Source of the DNA: an uncultured bacterium
GTDB taxonomy: Bacteria > Chloroflexota > UBA5177 > JANWHV01
NCBI GenBank assembly: GCA_963827235.1
Contig: CAWHAE010000007.1
Span: 11,726-75,725 of the forward strand
Length of the DNA stretch: 64,000 nt
Reading direction: 5' to 3'
Below, piece after piece: positions 30,034 through 41,600 of this stretch (the stretch's first letter is position 1; every line of letters starts with the position of its first letter). Below the pieces are notes generated by a model. That model did not search any database. It saw only the letters and a program-made list of their open reading frames with translations, and was not told the DNA's origin. The translations under genes and the position numbers were made by a program.

Positions 30034-31820
30034 TCACGGTTGGCCCCCGCGCACCGGAAAGTAGACGGCGTAGCGCTGGTCGACGACGTCGTGCAGCGGA
30101 ACAAAGCGCAGATTCTCTCGCTGGTTGACGGTCCGATATCCAGACTTCCATTCGGCCCACTCACGCTCATTGTGGGTGGCGAGCATAGTCGACGGATTGT
30201 CTGGGTCGCCGCACAGCACCTGTTCTCCATCGCAGAGCCCAGCCAGCACAGCCGGACCATCCATGAATGCCACCAGCGACGGGTTGTCGGGTAGCGGCTC
30301 GCAGCTAAGCTTCTGCGGGCAGGTTCACCGACACCCGATCCTCGTGCGAGACGCGCCGTATTTCGGCATAGCCGGATGGCGTTTGGCCCGTGCTGACGCG
30401 CTCCCCGTCTACGGTGATCACTGGCTCACCGTCCACCCACCAGGGCAGCCGGACCTTGAGAGCGAAATCCGCCGGTCGCTCGCAGTGCACGGCCAGCTCT
30501 ACCGCCGTCGAGCGCGGCCGGTGTGCTTCAGCCAGTTGCGGATCGGCGGTCTGCCGGATGCTCACGGCGACGCCATCACGGCTCCACGTCAGCTCTGCCG
30601 GAACGAGTTGGCTGACGACCAGGCCGGCGTCATCCGCGAAGAAGAGGCTACGCTCGTTGACTGTATGGGCTTCGAGTAGCGTGCCGTGACAGCACCAAAA
30701 ATCGGCTGTAGGCGTGCCCCAGCGCTTGTGCGCGCCTGCCTGGAGCGGCAAGAAGTAGGCGACGATGCCGTTCTGGTCGTGCTGCTGCGCGAGGATTCCG
30801 TTCCAGAGGTTGCGCTCCCAGTAGTCCGCGAAGCGAGCCTCGCCGGTCCAGCGCAGGAGCCAGTCGGCCAGGCGCATCATATTGTAGACGACGCAGTGCT
30901 CCTGCGTCTTGTCGCCCAGGCGCGCGCCGAGCTCCTGCGGCGGTGACCAGATCTCCCCGTTCGTCTGGCCACCCGTGCAGTAGTAGCCGCGCCTCTCCAC
31001 TGCACGACTCCCAATACGCCTCTACGATCCTGCGCCAGCGATCGTCGCCCGTCACCTCCCACGCCCGCGCGGCACCGTGTGCCTCGGGCACGGTTGTGTT
31101 GGCGTGCTTGTTCGTGAGCGGGTCATCGCCCGCCAGCAATCGGTCGAACAGCCGCGGCCGGTCGTAGCGGTGCAGGAGGTCGAGGTGCTCTTGCTTTCCC
31201 GTGACCCCATAGACGTTAGCCCATACTTCCAGCATGCCACCCGTCTCGACGTCGAGGATGTCATCCATCTGTTCGCGCGAGAACCGATTCGTCCAGCGAT
31301 GAAACCACTGCGCCCAGGCCTTGACGATGTCCAGGGCCTGCTCGTTCCCCGCTAGGGCATACATCTCGAAGAGTCCCATCAACGTCTTGTGGATGGTATA
31401 GTGCGGCGCCCATACCTCCTTGCCGCGCGCCACCCAGTCGAGGTACTGCGTGGGGATAGACCCTGCCCACTCGCCACCATTCTCGTGCTGGCAGCGAGCC
31501 AGCTCGGCCACGATGTGATCGGCCTTACCCTTGAGCTCGCTGTCGCCGGTGGCAGCGTACCGTTTGGCCGCCGCGGAGAGCCAGTGCCCGAGGAAGTGCC
31601 CGCGCAGCTGGCAGGTCGGCGACTCCCAGCCCCAGTGACAGTCCCGAGGGTGAGTGCGGGGGCTCCATAGGCCGGCCTCCAGGTAGTAGTTCTGCAACAG
31701 GTTTTCAGTCTTCAGGTCGATCATGTAGGCGCGACCAAGATCGTCTCTTCGCTGGAGCTCACCTGGCAAGAGCCGTACGCTGCCCCACGCCATGGGACGA
31801 AAGGTATCCTGCCTCATCAC
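30034..31820 (-). CDS. GH127/GH146 beta-L-arabinofuranosidase-like protein (frameshifts near 31000 and 30315)
   Basis: GWESPTCQLRGHFLGHWLS, ETGGM, HANT, EHCVVYNM, FWCCHGT and AFMDGPAVLAG are spread over three consecutive frames. Confidence 0.8.
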
Positions 31821-31836
31821 AAACTCCTCTTACAGC

Positions 31837-32732
31837 TCAACCTTTGAGCGAGCCTGCGGTCAAACCCTGCACAATGAGTCGCTGGAAGATCAGCACGAGC
31901 GCCACAATGGGCAGCGATGTCACCTCCGATGCAGCGGTCAATTCGCCCCACGGCACGGTGTGGACACCGCCAAAGAAGTAGATGGCCACGGGCACGGTGA
32001 ACATGCTGGACTGGTCCATGAAGGTGTAGGCGAACAGGAACTCGTTCCAGGCGCCGATGAAGGTCAGCAACCCGGCGGTGACGAGCGCCGGCGCCGAGAG
32101 CGGCAGGATGATCCGCACGAGCGACTGTACCGGCGTGAACCGTCCACCTCGGCCTGCTCGGACAGCTCGGCCGGGATATCGCGGAAGAAGTTGGTCAGCA
32201 CCCAGATGGCGAAAGGCAGGGAGAAGGTGACGTAGGGCACGAAGTAGCCCAGATAGGTGTTGGTGAGGCCGAGGTCGCGTTCGAAGACAAACAGGGAGCT
32301 GACCAGCGCGATAGCTGGGAACGTCACCATCACGATCACCAGCACCAGGATGGTGCGTTTGGCTGGCAGCGGCAGTCGCGCGAGCGCGTAGGCAGCAAGC
32401 GTGCCCAGGAGCATGGCGATGGCCGTGGAGACGGTGGCCACGATCACGCTGTTCATGATCGCCTGCCCGTAGGCGTAGGGTTGCTGGAAGATGTTGTAGT
32501 AGTGGCTGAAATCGAGGTGGCTCGGCGCCCACATAATGGGGAGATGGTCAATCTCGAGATCCGACTTCAGCGAGGTCACCGTCTGCCAGTAGAGCGGGAA
32601 CAGGTAGAAAACCAGAAGCAGCACACTGAGCACCCAGAGCAGTGTGCCCTCCAACACCTTGCGCACTCGAATGCGCGAGTGGGCTGAACCGAAGCCCGAG
32701 CTGTCCACTGTTCGTCCGGCCAGCACCGCCAT
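31837..32732 (-). CDS. Carbohydrate ABC permease (frameshift near 32140)
   Basis: AAYALARL and DIPAELSEQAEVDG, continuing in the next frame as IILPLSAP...AWNEFLFA...GLTAGSLKG. Confidence 0.82.
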
Positions 32733-32746
32733 TTCCCCGCCTCCCT

Positions 32747-33719
32747 CTAGACTTCTTCCAAGGTCAGCTGGCGCGCCATCACCGCAGCCAGGACGATGCA
32801 GATCACGGCAAGGACCAAAGACATCGCGCTGCCCAGGCCGAAGTTGATGTAGGAGAATAGCTCGCGATAGGCGTGCAGCGAGAGGACTTCCGTGTCGGTG
32901 CCAGGGCCGCCCGAGGTCAACACGTAGGGAAGGTCAAACGTTTGGAAGGCGGCGACGGTGCGGAAGAGCAGGGCGATGACGATGCTTCCCCGCAGCAGTG
33001 GCAACGTGATCTGCAGGAAGCGCTGGACGGCATTCGCCCCATCGACGCGCGCCGACTCGTAGAGATCATCGGGAATGCTCTGCAAGCCCGCCAGGAGGAG
33101 CAGGGCCACGAACGGCGTGTTCTTCCAGACGTCGGCGAAGATAACCGCCGGCATCGCCCACGTGTTGCTGCTCAGGATATCGAAGCGGGGAGCTTACCAC
33201 ATGCAGATCCTGGAGCACAGCCGAGATCGGACCGTAGTCCGCGTTGTACATGAACTGAAACAAGCGCGCCGTGAGGACCACGGGGATGGCCCAGGGCACC
33301 AGCATCGCCGCGCGCATCAGGCCGCGCCCGCGGAACTGCCGGTTGACGACGAGCGCCGTGATCATGCCGAGCAAGAGCTCCGACACGACCGCACCCACGG
33401 TGAAGTAGGCGGACATCTCCAGCGAGTTCCAGAAGTCCTGCTCCTGACCCAAGAGGTGGTAGTTCCTGAGGCCGGTGAACGGCTGCCCGAGCCACGGCAT
33501 GTCGAGGCGGTCCGTGGTCATGCTGGTGTAGACCGTGCGCCCGGCCGGGTAGGCCACAACGAAGATCAGCACGGCCACGGACGGCAGGAACAGCAGCCAG
33601 CCGAGCTGGCGGCGGCTGAGTCCGTACGTGCGGGTGTGTTTCCACCACCCGAGACGGGTGCTACGCACCCCAGGGTGTGCGTCCGGCAGACCGGCCGCCG
33701 GTTCTTGGATGTCGGCCAC
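32747..33719 (-). CDS. Carbohydrate ABC permease (frameshift near 33180)
   Basis: FRGRGLMRAAMLVPWAIP, then DVWKNTPF...LQSIPDDLYESARVDGA. GTG start at 33719 after AGGAGGAG. Confidence 0.82.
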
Positions 33720-33742
33720 GCGCTCCTCCTCAGGCCACACCG

Positions 33743-33793
33743 ATCCCCGCCCTCGGGCGGGGATGCCGGCTGCCTGCCACCATCCCCGCCCTC
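33743..33793 (-). promoter_or_regulatory. Intercistronic stem-loop with a duplicated arm between SBP and permease genes
   Basis: ATCCCCGCCC-TC-GGGCGGGGAT hairpin at 33743-33764, plus a second ATCCCCGCCCTC at 33782-33793. Confidence 0.55.
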
Positions 33794-33834
33794 AGGCCGC
33801 GAGCTGACTGCCGCGAGCGGCCAGCGTCACCCAC

Positions 33835-35150
33835 TCACGCGCCGGCCAGGATGGACTCGATCTTGCCCTGGGCATCCTTGAGTGCTTGCTCGGGCGTCTT
33901 CTTGCCAGTCATGCCGTTGACCAGCTCGGACTCGGCGATCGTGGACATCTCCGTCCAGAACGGCGTCTTGGGCCGCGACTTCTCGATCCTGGCCTGCTTG
34001 ATCAGGAGCGGGTACGAGGGGTACTTGCTGATGATCGCGGGGTCGGTGTTGGCGGCGATGTACGCGGGATTCCAGGAGGTGTGGAGCGTCTTGAAGACCT
34101 CCATTTTCTCGGTGCCCAGGAACAGGGCCAGGTCCGTAACCTCCTTGACGTGGTTGCTGAAGGGGTTGATCACGTACTGCCAGCCGCCGGTACAGCTATA
34201 GGAGCTGCCGCCGGCGAAGTGCGGCGGGTCTGTCACGCCGATCTTGCCGGTCAGCTTGGGATTCGCCTCCGCCTGGATGTAGGCGTAGTTCCAGTTGCGG
34301 TGGTAAATGGCGTTGCCGGTGATGAAGAGCGACAGTGAGATGCTGAGGTCCGCGCTGATGACGCTCGGGAACACCAGCTTGTCCTTGATGTAGCTGGTCA
34401 TCATCTCCAAGGACTTGAGGTTTGCCGGGCTGTCGAAGATGACAGCACCCGTCTTGGGGTCGAGGAAATCGCCGCCCGCGCTCCAGGAGTACTCCATGAA
34501 GTTGCAGATGAGCTGCTGGCCGGGATTGTAGCACGGCGCGAACGGCGTCATCTTGGGGTACTTCTTCGCGAGCATGACGCCTGGTCGTGCAGCTCCTCGA
34601 GGTTTGGGCCGGCTTGAGCCCGTTCGCGTCCAGGATGTCCTTGCGGTAGAACAGGTGCCCGCAGTCGAACATCCACGGCATGGCGTAGATATGACCGTTG
34701 ACGGTGTCGGCCTGGATATTGCCCGGGGTGTAGTTCTTCCACTGCGAGGGCGGGAAGACGCTGTCGAGCGGCAGCGCCCAGCCGGCGGGCGCCCACTGCG
34801 CTTGCCAGATGACGTCCGAGTCGAAGATGTCGATGCTCCCGTCGTGGGCGGAGAGCACGGTGACGAGCTTGTCATGGTACGCGTTCGCCGACGCGGAGGG
34901 CGCCGGAGTGTACTTGATCGTGACGTTGGGATGAGACGCGGTGTACTGGGCCAGGGTTTCTCTGGCCGTGGGCGAACGGAGCAGGGTTGTTACCCAAGCC
35001 CATGTAGTTGAGCGTGATACCGCCAGCCGCCTCACTCTTGTTCGCGGTCAGGTCAAGGCCCGCGCTTGCCAGCGCCAGTCCCGCACCTATCTTCGCACCC
35101 GTGCCAAGGAAATCACGCCGCGACATTCCGCGGGTTTGATGCCTCTTCAT
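33835..35150 (-). CDS. Tat-signal sugar ABC solute-binding protein (several frameshifts)
   Basis: SRRDFL twin-arginine motif; DIFDSDVIW, YAMPWMFDCGHLFYRKD and GKKTPEQALKDA in successive frames. Confidence 0.8.
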
Positions 35151-35388
35151 CGTGTTGTTCTCCAGCCTTCAGCGCGTCGAACGTCCGAATGTTCCACCGA
35201 TTCAACCAGAGATGCACATCGCGTACCACCGTGTCTTCGCTTGCTCTACCAGCCTGAGATGCAGCTCGGTGCACCTCCACGCCATCTTCCCTAGGCACTC
35301 TCTGCGATCACCTCCTCTCGGTCGCTTTGCGCTAGGCACGGCAGGAGCGCACCCATCCTGGTCCGCGACCCCAACTCGCTCCTATGTC

Positions 35389-35433
35389 CTATAACGTTGG
35401 AGCTACTCTAGCACTGCCCTCCTGCCTTGTCAA
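35389..35433 (-). promoter_or_regulatory. Sigma-70 promoter with an overlapping LacI-type operator
   Basis: Minus strand TTGACA (35433-35428)-N17-TAGAGT (35410-35405). Near-palindrome CTATAACGTTGGAG at 35389-35402 covers the predicted +1. Confidence 0.65.
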
Positions 35434-35686
35434 GGAAGCGTCCTCGGTTCGCAGGGTCTGAAAATGGTCAGGCAAAATGCGGGCTTGGGCGTAAGGCTTC
35501 CAGGCGCCCCTGTCACAAGTGCGGGGCCTGCCCAGAGGCAATCCGACCTTCGCCAATGACCAACCTACTGGCAGCAACAGCCCTATTTGTAAGAATTTTC
35601 AGACCGTGCCTCGGTCCGTCATCAGAGGAAGTGAGACGTGATGCGGCGCCATAGCTTGAAGCATTTTCCAATTGGCGGTATTATGC

Positions 35687-35700
35687 CTACAACGTTTTCG
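35687..35700. promoter_or_regulatory. Second candidate LacI operator
   Basis: CTACAACGTTTTCG shares the CTAYAACGTT core with the site at 35389; about 100 bp upstream of the LacI gene. Confidence 0.45.
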
Positions 35701-35797
35701 TTCTCCACCGGACGTGCTCGCGTGTGGGTAAGGCGAGCGTGGAGCTATACTGGCAGGTAGTGCGGCGCGCGGATGCTTGGGAAGGGATCGCTCCGAC

Positions 35798-36835
35798 ATG
35801 TCAAGGAATGGGCGGGCCGACAACGGTGTAACGCTCAAGGACGTCGCGGCGCACGCCGGCGTGTCCTTTTCGACTGTCTCGCACGTCATCAACAATCGTT
35901 TCTCGGACGTAGGGCCGAAGACGCGCGAGCGCGTCCATGCCTCGATCCGTGCACTCAATTACCGACCGAACATCGCAGCACGACGCCTGCGCAAGGCCCG
36001 GACCGGCGTACTCGCTCTCACCATTCCGGAAGTCGCCAATCCGTACTTCTCCACGATGATCGGATCGATGTCAGCGCAGCCAAGGCACAGGGCCGGAGCA
36101 TGTTGGTCGATATTACGGGCGGCGAACGCGCGGAAGAGCTCGTGGTGGTCCGAGGCATGAGCCCGCACCTGATCGACGGTGTGATTCTGTATTCGATTGG
36201 GTTGACCGCGGCGGACTGGAGCCCGAGCGCGTGGCCGTGCCGCTCGTGCTCTTCTCGGAGAGGCTGGATCCGGTCTATTGCGACGTGGTGGAGCTCGACC
36301 ACGTGGGAGCCGCCCGTTTGGCCACCGAACACCTGCTCCGCATCGGTCGGCGGCGCATCGGATTCGTCGGGGCCTCAGACATCCGCGCGTCGTGAGCGCA
36401 GGCAGGCGTCTCCAGGGCTATCGGGCCGCCCTGGAGGCGGCTGGGCTGGCGGCGGATCCACGTCTCGTGGCGCGGTCGCCCACCGCATCGTTTTCACGCA
36501 TGGACGGCATTGCCTGCATGCAAAGGTTGCTCGCCGTGACGCCCCTTCCGGACGCGGTGGTCTGCTACAGCGACATCGTGGCACTGGGGGCAATGAAGGC
36601 CATTCGCGACGCCGGGCATAGGATCCCTGACGAGATTGCCGTGGTGGGTTTCGACGATATCGAGGAAGGTCGCTTCTCCACGCCGGCCCTCACGACGGTC
36701 GCGCCGGACAAGGCGGAGTTTGGCAGGCTCCTGGTGAGCCTCCTGATCGCACGCATCGATGGCTCCCGTACGGGCGCCGGAGAACGCTTCGAACCGCCAT
36801 TCCAGCTCGTCGTGCGGCGTAGCACGGCCGGCTAG
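35798..36835 (+). CDS. LacI family transcriptional regulator (multiple frameshifts)
   Basis: TLKDVAAHAGVSFSTVSHVIN HTH, YRPNIAARRL hinge, C-terminal IPDEIAVVGFDD...PALTTV...LVVRRST. Confidence 0.85.
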
Positions 36836-37149
36836 GGACGTAGACCAGATTTGGTAGACGGGACATTTCAACCTCTGGTCGTACAGGACACTACTCTGCA
36901 TGGATTCTCGTCGAGACTCTGCGCACCGTGACGCGCTGGACGCCATCCATCGCAGCGTTGAACCGACCTCGAGCGCGAGACTTGCTACTACTGTGACACG
37001 TAGCTCTGCACCCGCTGGGGCCGTGTCACCAAAGGGAGGCGTGGTGTCCGCTGTCTCCAGAGGCAGCCATGAAGCCGAAACCGGAAGTGTCGCTGCAGTA
37101 GTATGCCCGCTGCCGACATCCAAGAGAGTCCCGGGCTGGAGGCCACGCA

Positions 37150-37760
37150 AGATGCCCAGGGCGCGCAGCGCAAGCGCCTGCTCCAGCGTATTGCGGGCCT
37201 CGTGGGCAACCGTGGGGCTCGGGTCGTCATGAGGGTCTGGACTGCCTGTCAGTCTACCGGTGGCAACTCCGCAACTGCAGCCAGCGCCGCAGTGCGAAGG
37301 CTCGCATCCGGATCGCCCAAGAAGATGCGGACCGCGTTGCCGCTGTCGGCCAGCCTGAACTTCGCTACCACATCAGCAGCCGTGGCGCATGCGAGTGCGC
37401 TGCTGTCGCCCAAGCATGCATGGATTACCTGGGCGGTGTCGGCACTCAGCCGCGCTAGCCGCACCATGGAATCGAGGGAACTGGCTCGCCTGCCGGCACT
37501 GGCTGCCTGATCTTGCAACTCTGTGCACAACTCCTCCTCGACGCCCGGCTCGTATGGTCCGAACAGGTGCATGTCGTAGCCAGCAAGATACACATCAAGC
37601 CACCGCTCACACCAGCCCAGAAAGTCGACGCCGTCGACGGAGTAGAGCGGGCGCCCATCGTCCGCGTATAGCACATGGCCCCGCGCCGCCCCGCTGACCA
37701 CCAACACCGCGTAGACAGTGCAGCCCTGATGGCAAACCGCCAGCGTCCTGTGCAGCAGTC
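37150..37760 (-). pseudogene. SMI1/KNR4 (SUKH)-like C-terminus plus HEAT-repeat remnant
   Basis: TLAVCHQGCTVYAVLVVSGAARGHV...FLGWCERWLD, followed by HEAT-like LGDSSALA and LGDPDASLRTAAL. Stop at 37249; no N-terminus. Confidence 0.55.
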
Positions 37761-37773
37761 TGTCCCGGGAGGC

Positions 37774-37972
37774 CTAACGCGGCTGCCAACTGGCGCCGCC
37801 GTCACTGCTGGCCTGGATGGTACTGCCGCCTTCCTGCACGACGACCAGGCAGGTGCGGCTGGAGTGACAGGCGATGCCATTGACGTAGGTCCAGGTGCCC
37901 GAGCCGTGCGCCTGCCAGGTGGCGCCGCTGGTCCGCACGGTGCCGTCGTCGCCAACCGCCAGGCAGGTGCTG
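37774..37972 (-). pseudogene. C-terminal fragment of a BNR/YCF48-like beta-propeller protein
   Basis: Reads STCLAVGDDGTVRTSGATW...VNGIACHSSRTCLVV...SSDGGASWQPR*, which contains an SxDGGxSW Asp-box. Confidence 0.5.
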
Positions 37973-37980
37973 GTGTGCTG

Positions 37981-38046
37981 TTGACACCGCGCTCCAGCTC
38001 ACTGAGACCACGCACGCTCAGTCTGGCTCGCTCAGCCAATACCTCT
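37981..38046 (-). pseudogene. XRE-HTH fragment paralogous to the regulator at 51485
   Basis: EVLAERARLSVRGLSELERGVN versus EVLAERAGLSVRGLSDLERGVN (~51340-51405). Confidence 0.75.
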
Positions 38047-38081
38047 GTAGTGCCGCTGGGAGTGACCCTGAAGCAACCGTG

Positions 38082-38202
38082 TGCAGGCGCAATTATGTGG
38101 GTCAGAAGTGTGGGTGCTGCCTGGTGCGTGCCTCCACGAAGCGCTATCGTAGGAGCGATGGGACCCAGGAGTGGCCATGCCCGCGAGGAGAAGCAGGTCA
38201 TG
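38082..38202 (+). repeat. Copy 1 of a ~120-bp promoter/RBS block
   Basis: GCGCAATT..GTGGGTCAGAAGTGTGGGTGCTGCCTG...CTCCAC...CTATCGT.GGAGCG-N29-GGAGAAG.AGGTC-ATG; colinear with 51587-51707. Confidence 0.85.
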
Positions 38203-38409
38203 AGACGGGTGCACACATGGCGGAGTGTGCCGGTCCTCTTGTCAGTGCTGGCCCTGGCGGGCGTGAGCGCCCTCAGAGTCTCCGTACGGCAGGGGTGCCC
38301 GACCGCCGGCGCGAGCACGCTCAGACAAAGCCACGCGTTTTGTTCCGGCCGCCGCACAGGCAGGGACGGCGGCACTCTCGCGGCTGGAGGAGACGGCGGG
38401 CGCAGCTGA
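38200..38409 (+). pseudogene. Short signal-peptide ORF, probably a truncated secreted-protein gene
   Basis: MRRVHTWRSVPVLLSVLALAGVSA... with RBS GAGGAG; stops after about 69 codons. Confidence 0.4.
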
Positions 38410-38642
38410 CAATGCTTACGGCAACCGCACGCGCGCAGGATGTGACCGCTGGAAGCGATGGCCCAAATCACATCGACCTGCATATGGCCGATTGCCGGAA
38501 CCGGCTAGGGAAAAAGGTCGTGCTGGTAAGGAGAGTGGAGCGGCGCCAGTACGCCTAGTGGCCGGCCAGCTGCAGTGCATCGCGGATTCATAGGAATCGG
38601 CACAACGCTCAGGCGAAGGGGTAGCAGGGTAGGGGGAAGACT

Positions 38643-41600
38643 ATGAACGTGAGTCGAGTACGTCGAATGGCGCTTTGCGCGCTAGCAATCTGCATGGCAT
38701 TCCCGGCCTACAGGTCTCACGGTGCCTCGCGCGCCGTCGCCGCCGCCCCCACGCCGGTCGCCGCGCCGGCCGGCTGGCTCTCCGTCCTGGCGGTCGGGAC
38801 CACTCCTCCTGACGTCCTGCCCCAAGCATATGTGGCGTCCGTCGCGGCATGGCGCACCCTTCCGCTGCAGATCGCCGAGCAAGCCGCCCCGGCCTTCCGG
38901 GACGCGGCGGGCGGCGGCGGCGCCGCAACTGCCCTGCTCGCGCAGACCCTGCTTGGACAGGCCACCGTCACGCCTGACCCGCGAGCGCTGGCGCAGAGTC
39001 GCCTCGGCGCCGTCCTGGGCCCGCTGGCGCAGACCCTGGGCGTGGTGTCCGCCACACAGGCTGCCCCCAGCGCGCAGGAGCTCGCCTCCAGCCTGGTCGA
39101 TCCGGCTACCGGCGTCCTGCACGTCATCTACCAGGACCTCTCAGTTCCCGCGCGCGGCCAGCCGCTGGCGCTGCAGCGTACCTTCGTCTCCGGCAGCACT
39201 ACCGCCAGTGCCATGGGCAACGGCTGGGCCTTCACGTACGGCACCCACCTGGCCTACGATGCCAGCGGCAATCCGCTCATCGAGGAAGCGACCGGAGCTG
39301 TCACGCACTTCGCCCTCTGGCAGACGCCCTCCCTCTATCTGGCGCTGGACGCTGCGGCATGGGAGATCCTCTCGCTCGACCGAAGGGGCGGCGCTACCCG
39401 CCTGCTGGCCGACGGCAGCAGCGAGCAGTTCGACGCACTTGGGAGGCTGGTGCGGCTCCAGGATCGCGACGGCATTGGGCTGACCATCAACTACACGGGC
39501 GCCAATCTGGCGTCCGTCGTCGATGCGGCAGGCCGCGGCCTCCGCTTCACCGAAAGCAAGGCGGGCCTGATCAGCACGGTCACCGATCCCGCTGGAGCGG
39601 TTATTCACTACGGGCACGACGGCGCCGGCAATCTGACCAGCGTGACCACTACTGCCGGAGCCACCACCAGGTTCACGTACAGTACGCCGGCGATAGACTC
39701 CTACGACACCACGCGCCTCACCGGCATCACCCTCCCTCGCGGCAGCACAATCCGCTTCAGCTACGACGCCGGGGCGCGCGTATCGCATGTCTCAGGGCCG
39801 GGTGCCATGAGCACCAGCATCACCTACACGGGCGGCGCCGAGCCCGGAGCTGTGCGTACCGACCTCGTCGACGCGACCGGCGCGCACACCGAGATCGACT
39901 CGTTCACCACCGTGCCCCTGGCCGGCAGTGCGCAGCTGCCGATGGTCACACGCACTGTAGACGCCAGCGGCAAGACCATGACCGTCACCAGTGGACCGTC
40001 AGGCACGGCTGTCGAAGACGGCGACGGCAGGCTGACGCGGATCACCGGCAACGCGGCAGGTCCGGCCAGTGCTGTCCAGCCGCCAGAAACCGGCGCCGCC
40101 CGCCTGGGCTACGATGATGCCACTTCCACGCTCTCCATGCTGACCGGCGTGTCCGGAAACGCTACCACGCTGGTGTACGATGCGGCAGGCCATCTGGCCG
40201 GCATCCGTGACGGTACCGGCGCGCTGACCAGGATCGAGCCGATCGCCCCGAACACGTTCCGCGAGGTTGGCCCCGATGGTGGTGCCGCCGTCGTGCAGTT
40301 CGACGCGGCAGGAAACGTCATCGCGCTGACCGACGCCATGGGTCGCAAGACCACGTTCAACTGGGATGCTGACGGCCGGCTCACCCGTATCTCGGATCCA
40401 GCCCACGGCAGCTTGACGTATCGGTACGGGCCGGGCGGCGCTCTGCTGGCCCGCACGGACGCGCTCGGAGCGGTGACCAGTTACGGCTACGACGCCGATG
40501 GTAATCTCACCTCGATGCGGGATGCACTGGGTAACACCTGGCGCTTCGCCTATGACGCCTGCGACCTGCCGGTGAGTGTAATCGATCCGCTTGGCGACAC
40601 GGCTCGCCTCAGTTACGACGACGCCGGCCGGTTGACGATGGTCACCGACCCGCTTGGGCACGTCACGCGGGCGACCTATGACGGCGCCGGCCGCGTGGTG
40701 TCCGTCACCGATCCGCTCGGCCATGCCACGCGCTATCGCTATGGACCGGCCGGTGAGCTCATCGCCGCGACCAGTCCTGCCGGGCGTACCACCCGGTATA
40801 GCTACGATGCCGCCGGCCAGCCGGTCGCCGTGACGCGCGCGGATGGCAGCAGCACGACGCTCGTGTACGACGCTTCTGGACGGCTGACCGGCAATCGTGC
40901 GGGCGCCGGTCCCACAACCGAGTACCGGTACGACGGAGCGGGACGGCTGACCCAGCGCACCGTGCCCGATGAGTCGGGCTCCTCGTACACCTACGACGCC
41001 GCGGGCCACCTGGTGAGCGCCGGCAACGGGAGCGGCACGATCCGCGACGCGTACGACGCGGCCGGCGATCTCACCGCGACGGTGGACACGAGCGGCCACA
41101 CGGTCCGCTACACCTACGATGCGGCAGGCCGGCGAGCGTCTATGACCTCTGCCACGGGTGCGGTTACTCGCTACGCGTACGACGCGGCAGGCCACGTCAC
41201 CGCGATAGACGATCCCCTGGGCAATTCGACCTTCCGCTACGACGCGCTGGGCGAGCGCATTGGCGCGACGCTGCCGGGCGGCATCGCCGTCGCCTATGGC
41301 TACGACAAGGTGGGCCGGCTCACCGATCTCACCTATACTCGGGGAACGGCCGTCATCGCCCGTTTCGTCTACGGCTACGACCGCGACGGCAATGTGGTGC
41401 TGGAGCAGTCGCTGGGCGACACTCTGCACTACCGGTACGATGCGGCAAGCCGGCTCACCGCCGTACAGGGCAGCGCTCGGGGTGACGACGCCAGCTACGC
41501 CTTTGACGCCGATGGCAATCTCCTCTCCTCGCCCACGGGGGGCGCCCTGCGCTACGACGCGGCCGGACGGCTGCTCACGGCCGGGAGCGCGAGCATGGCC

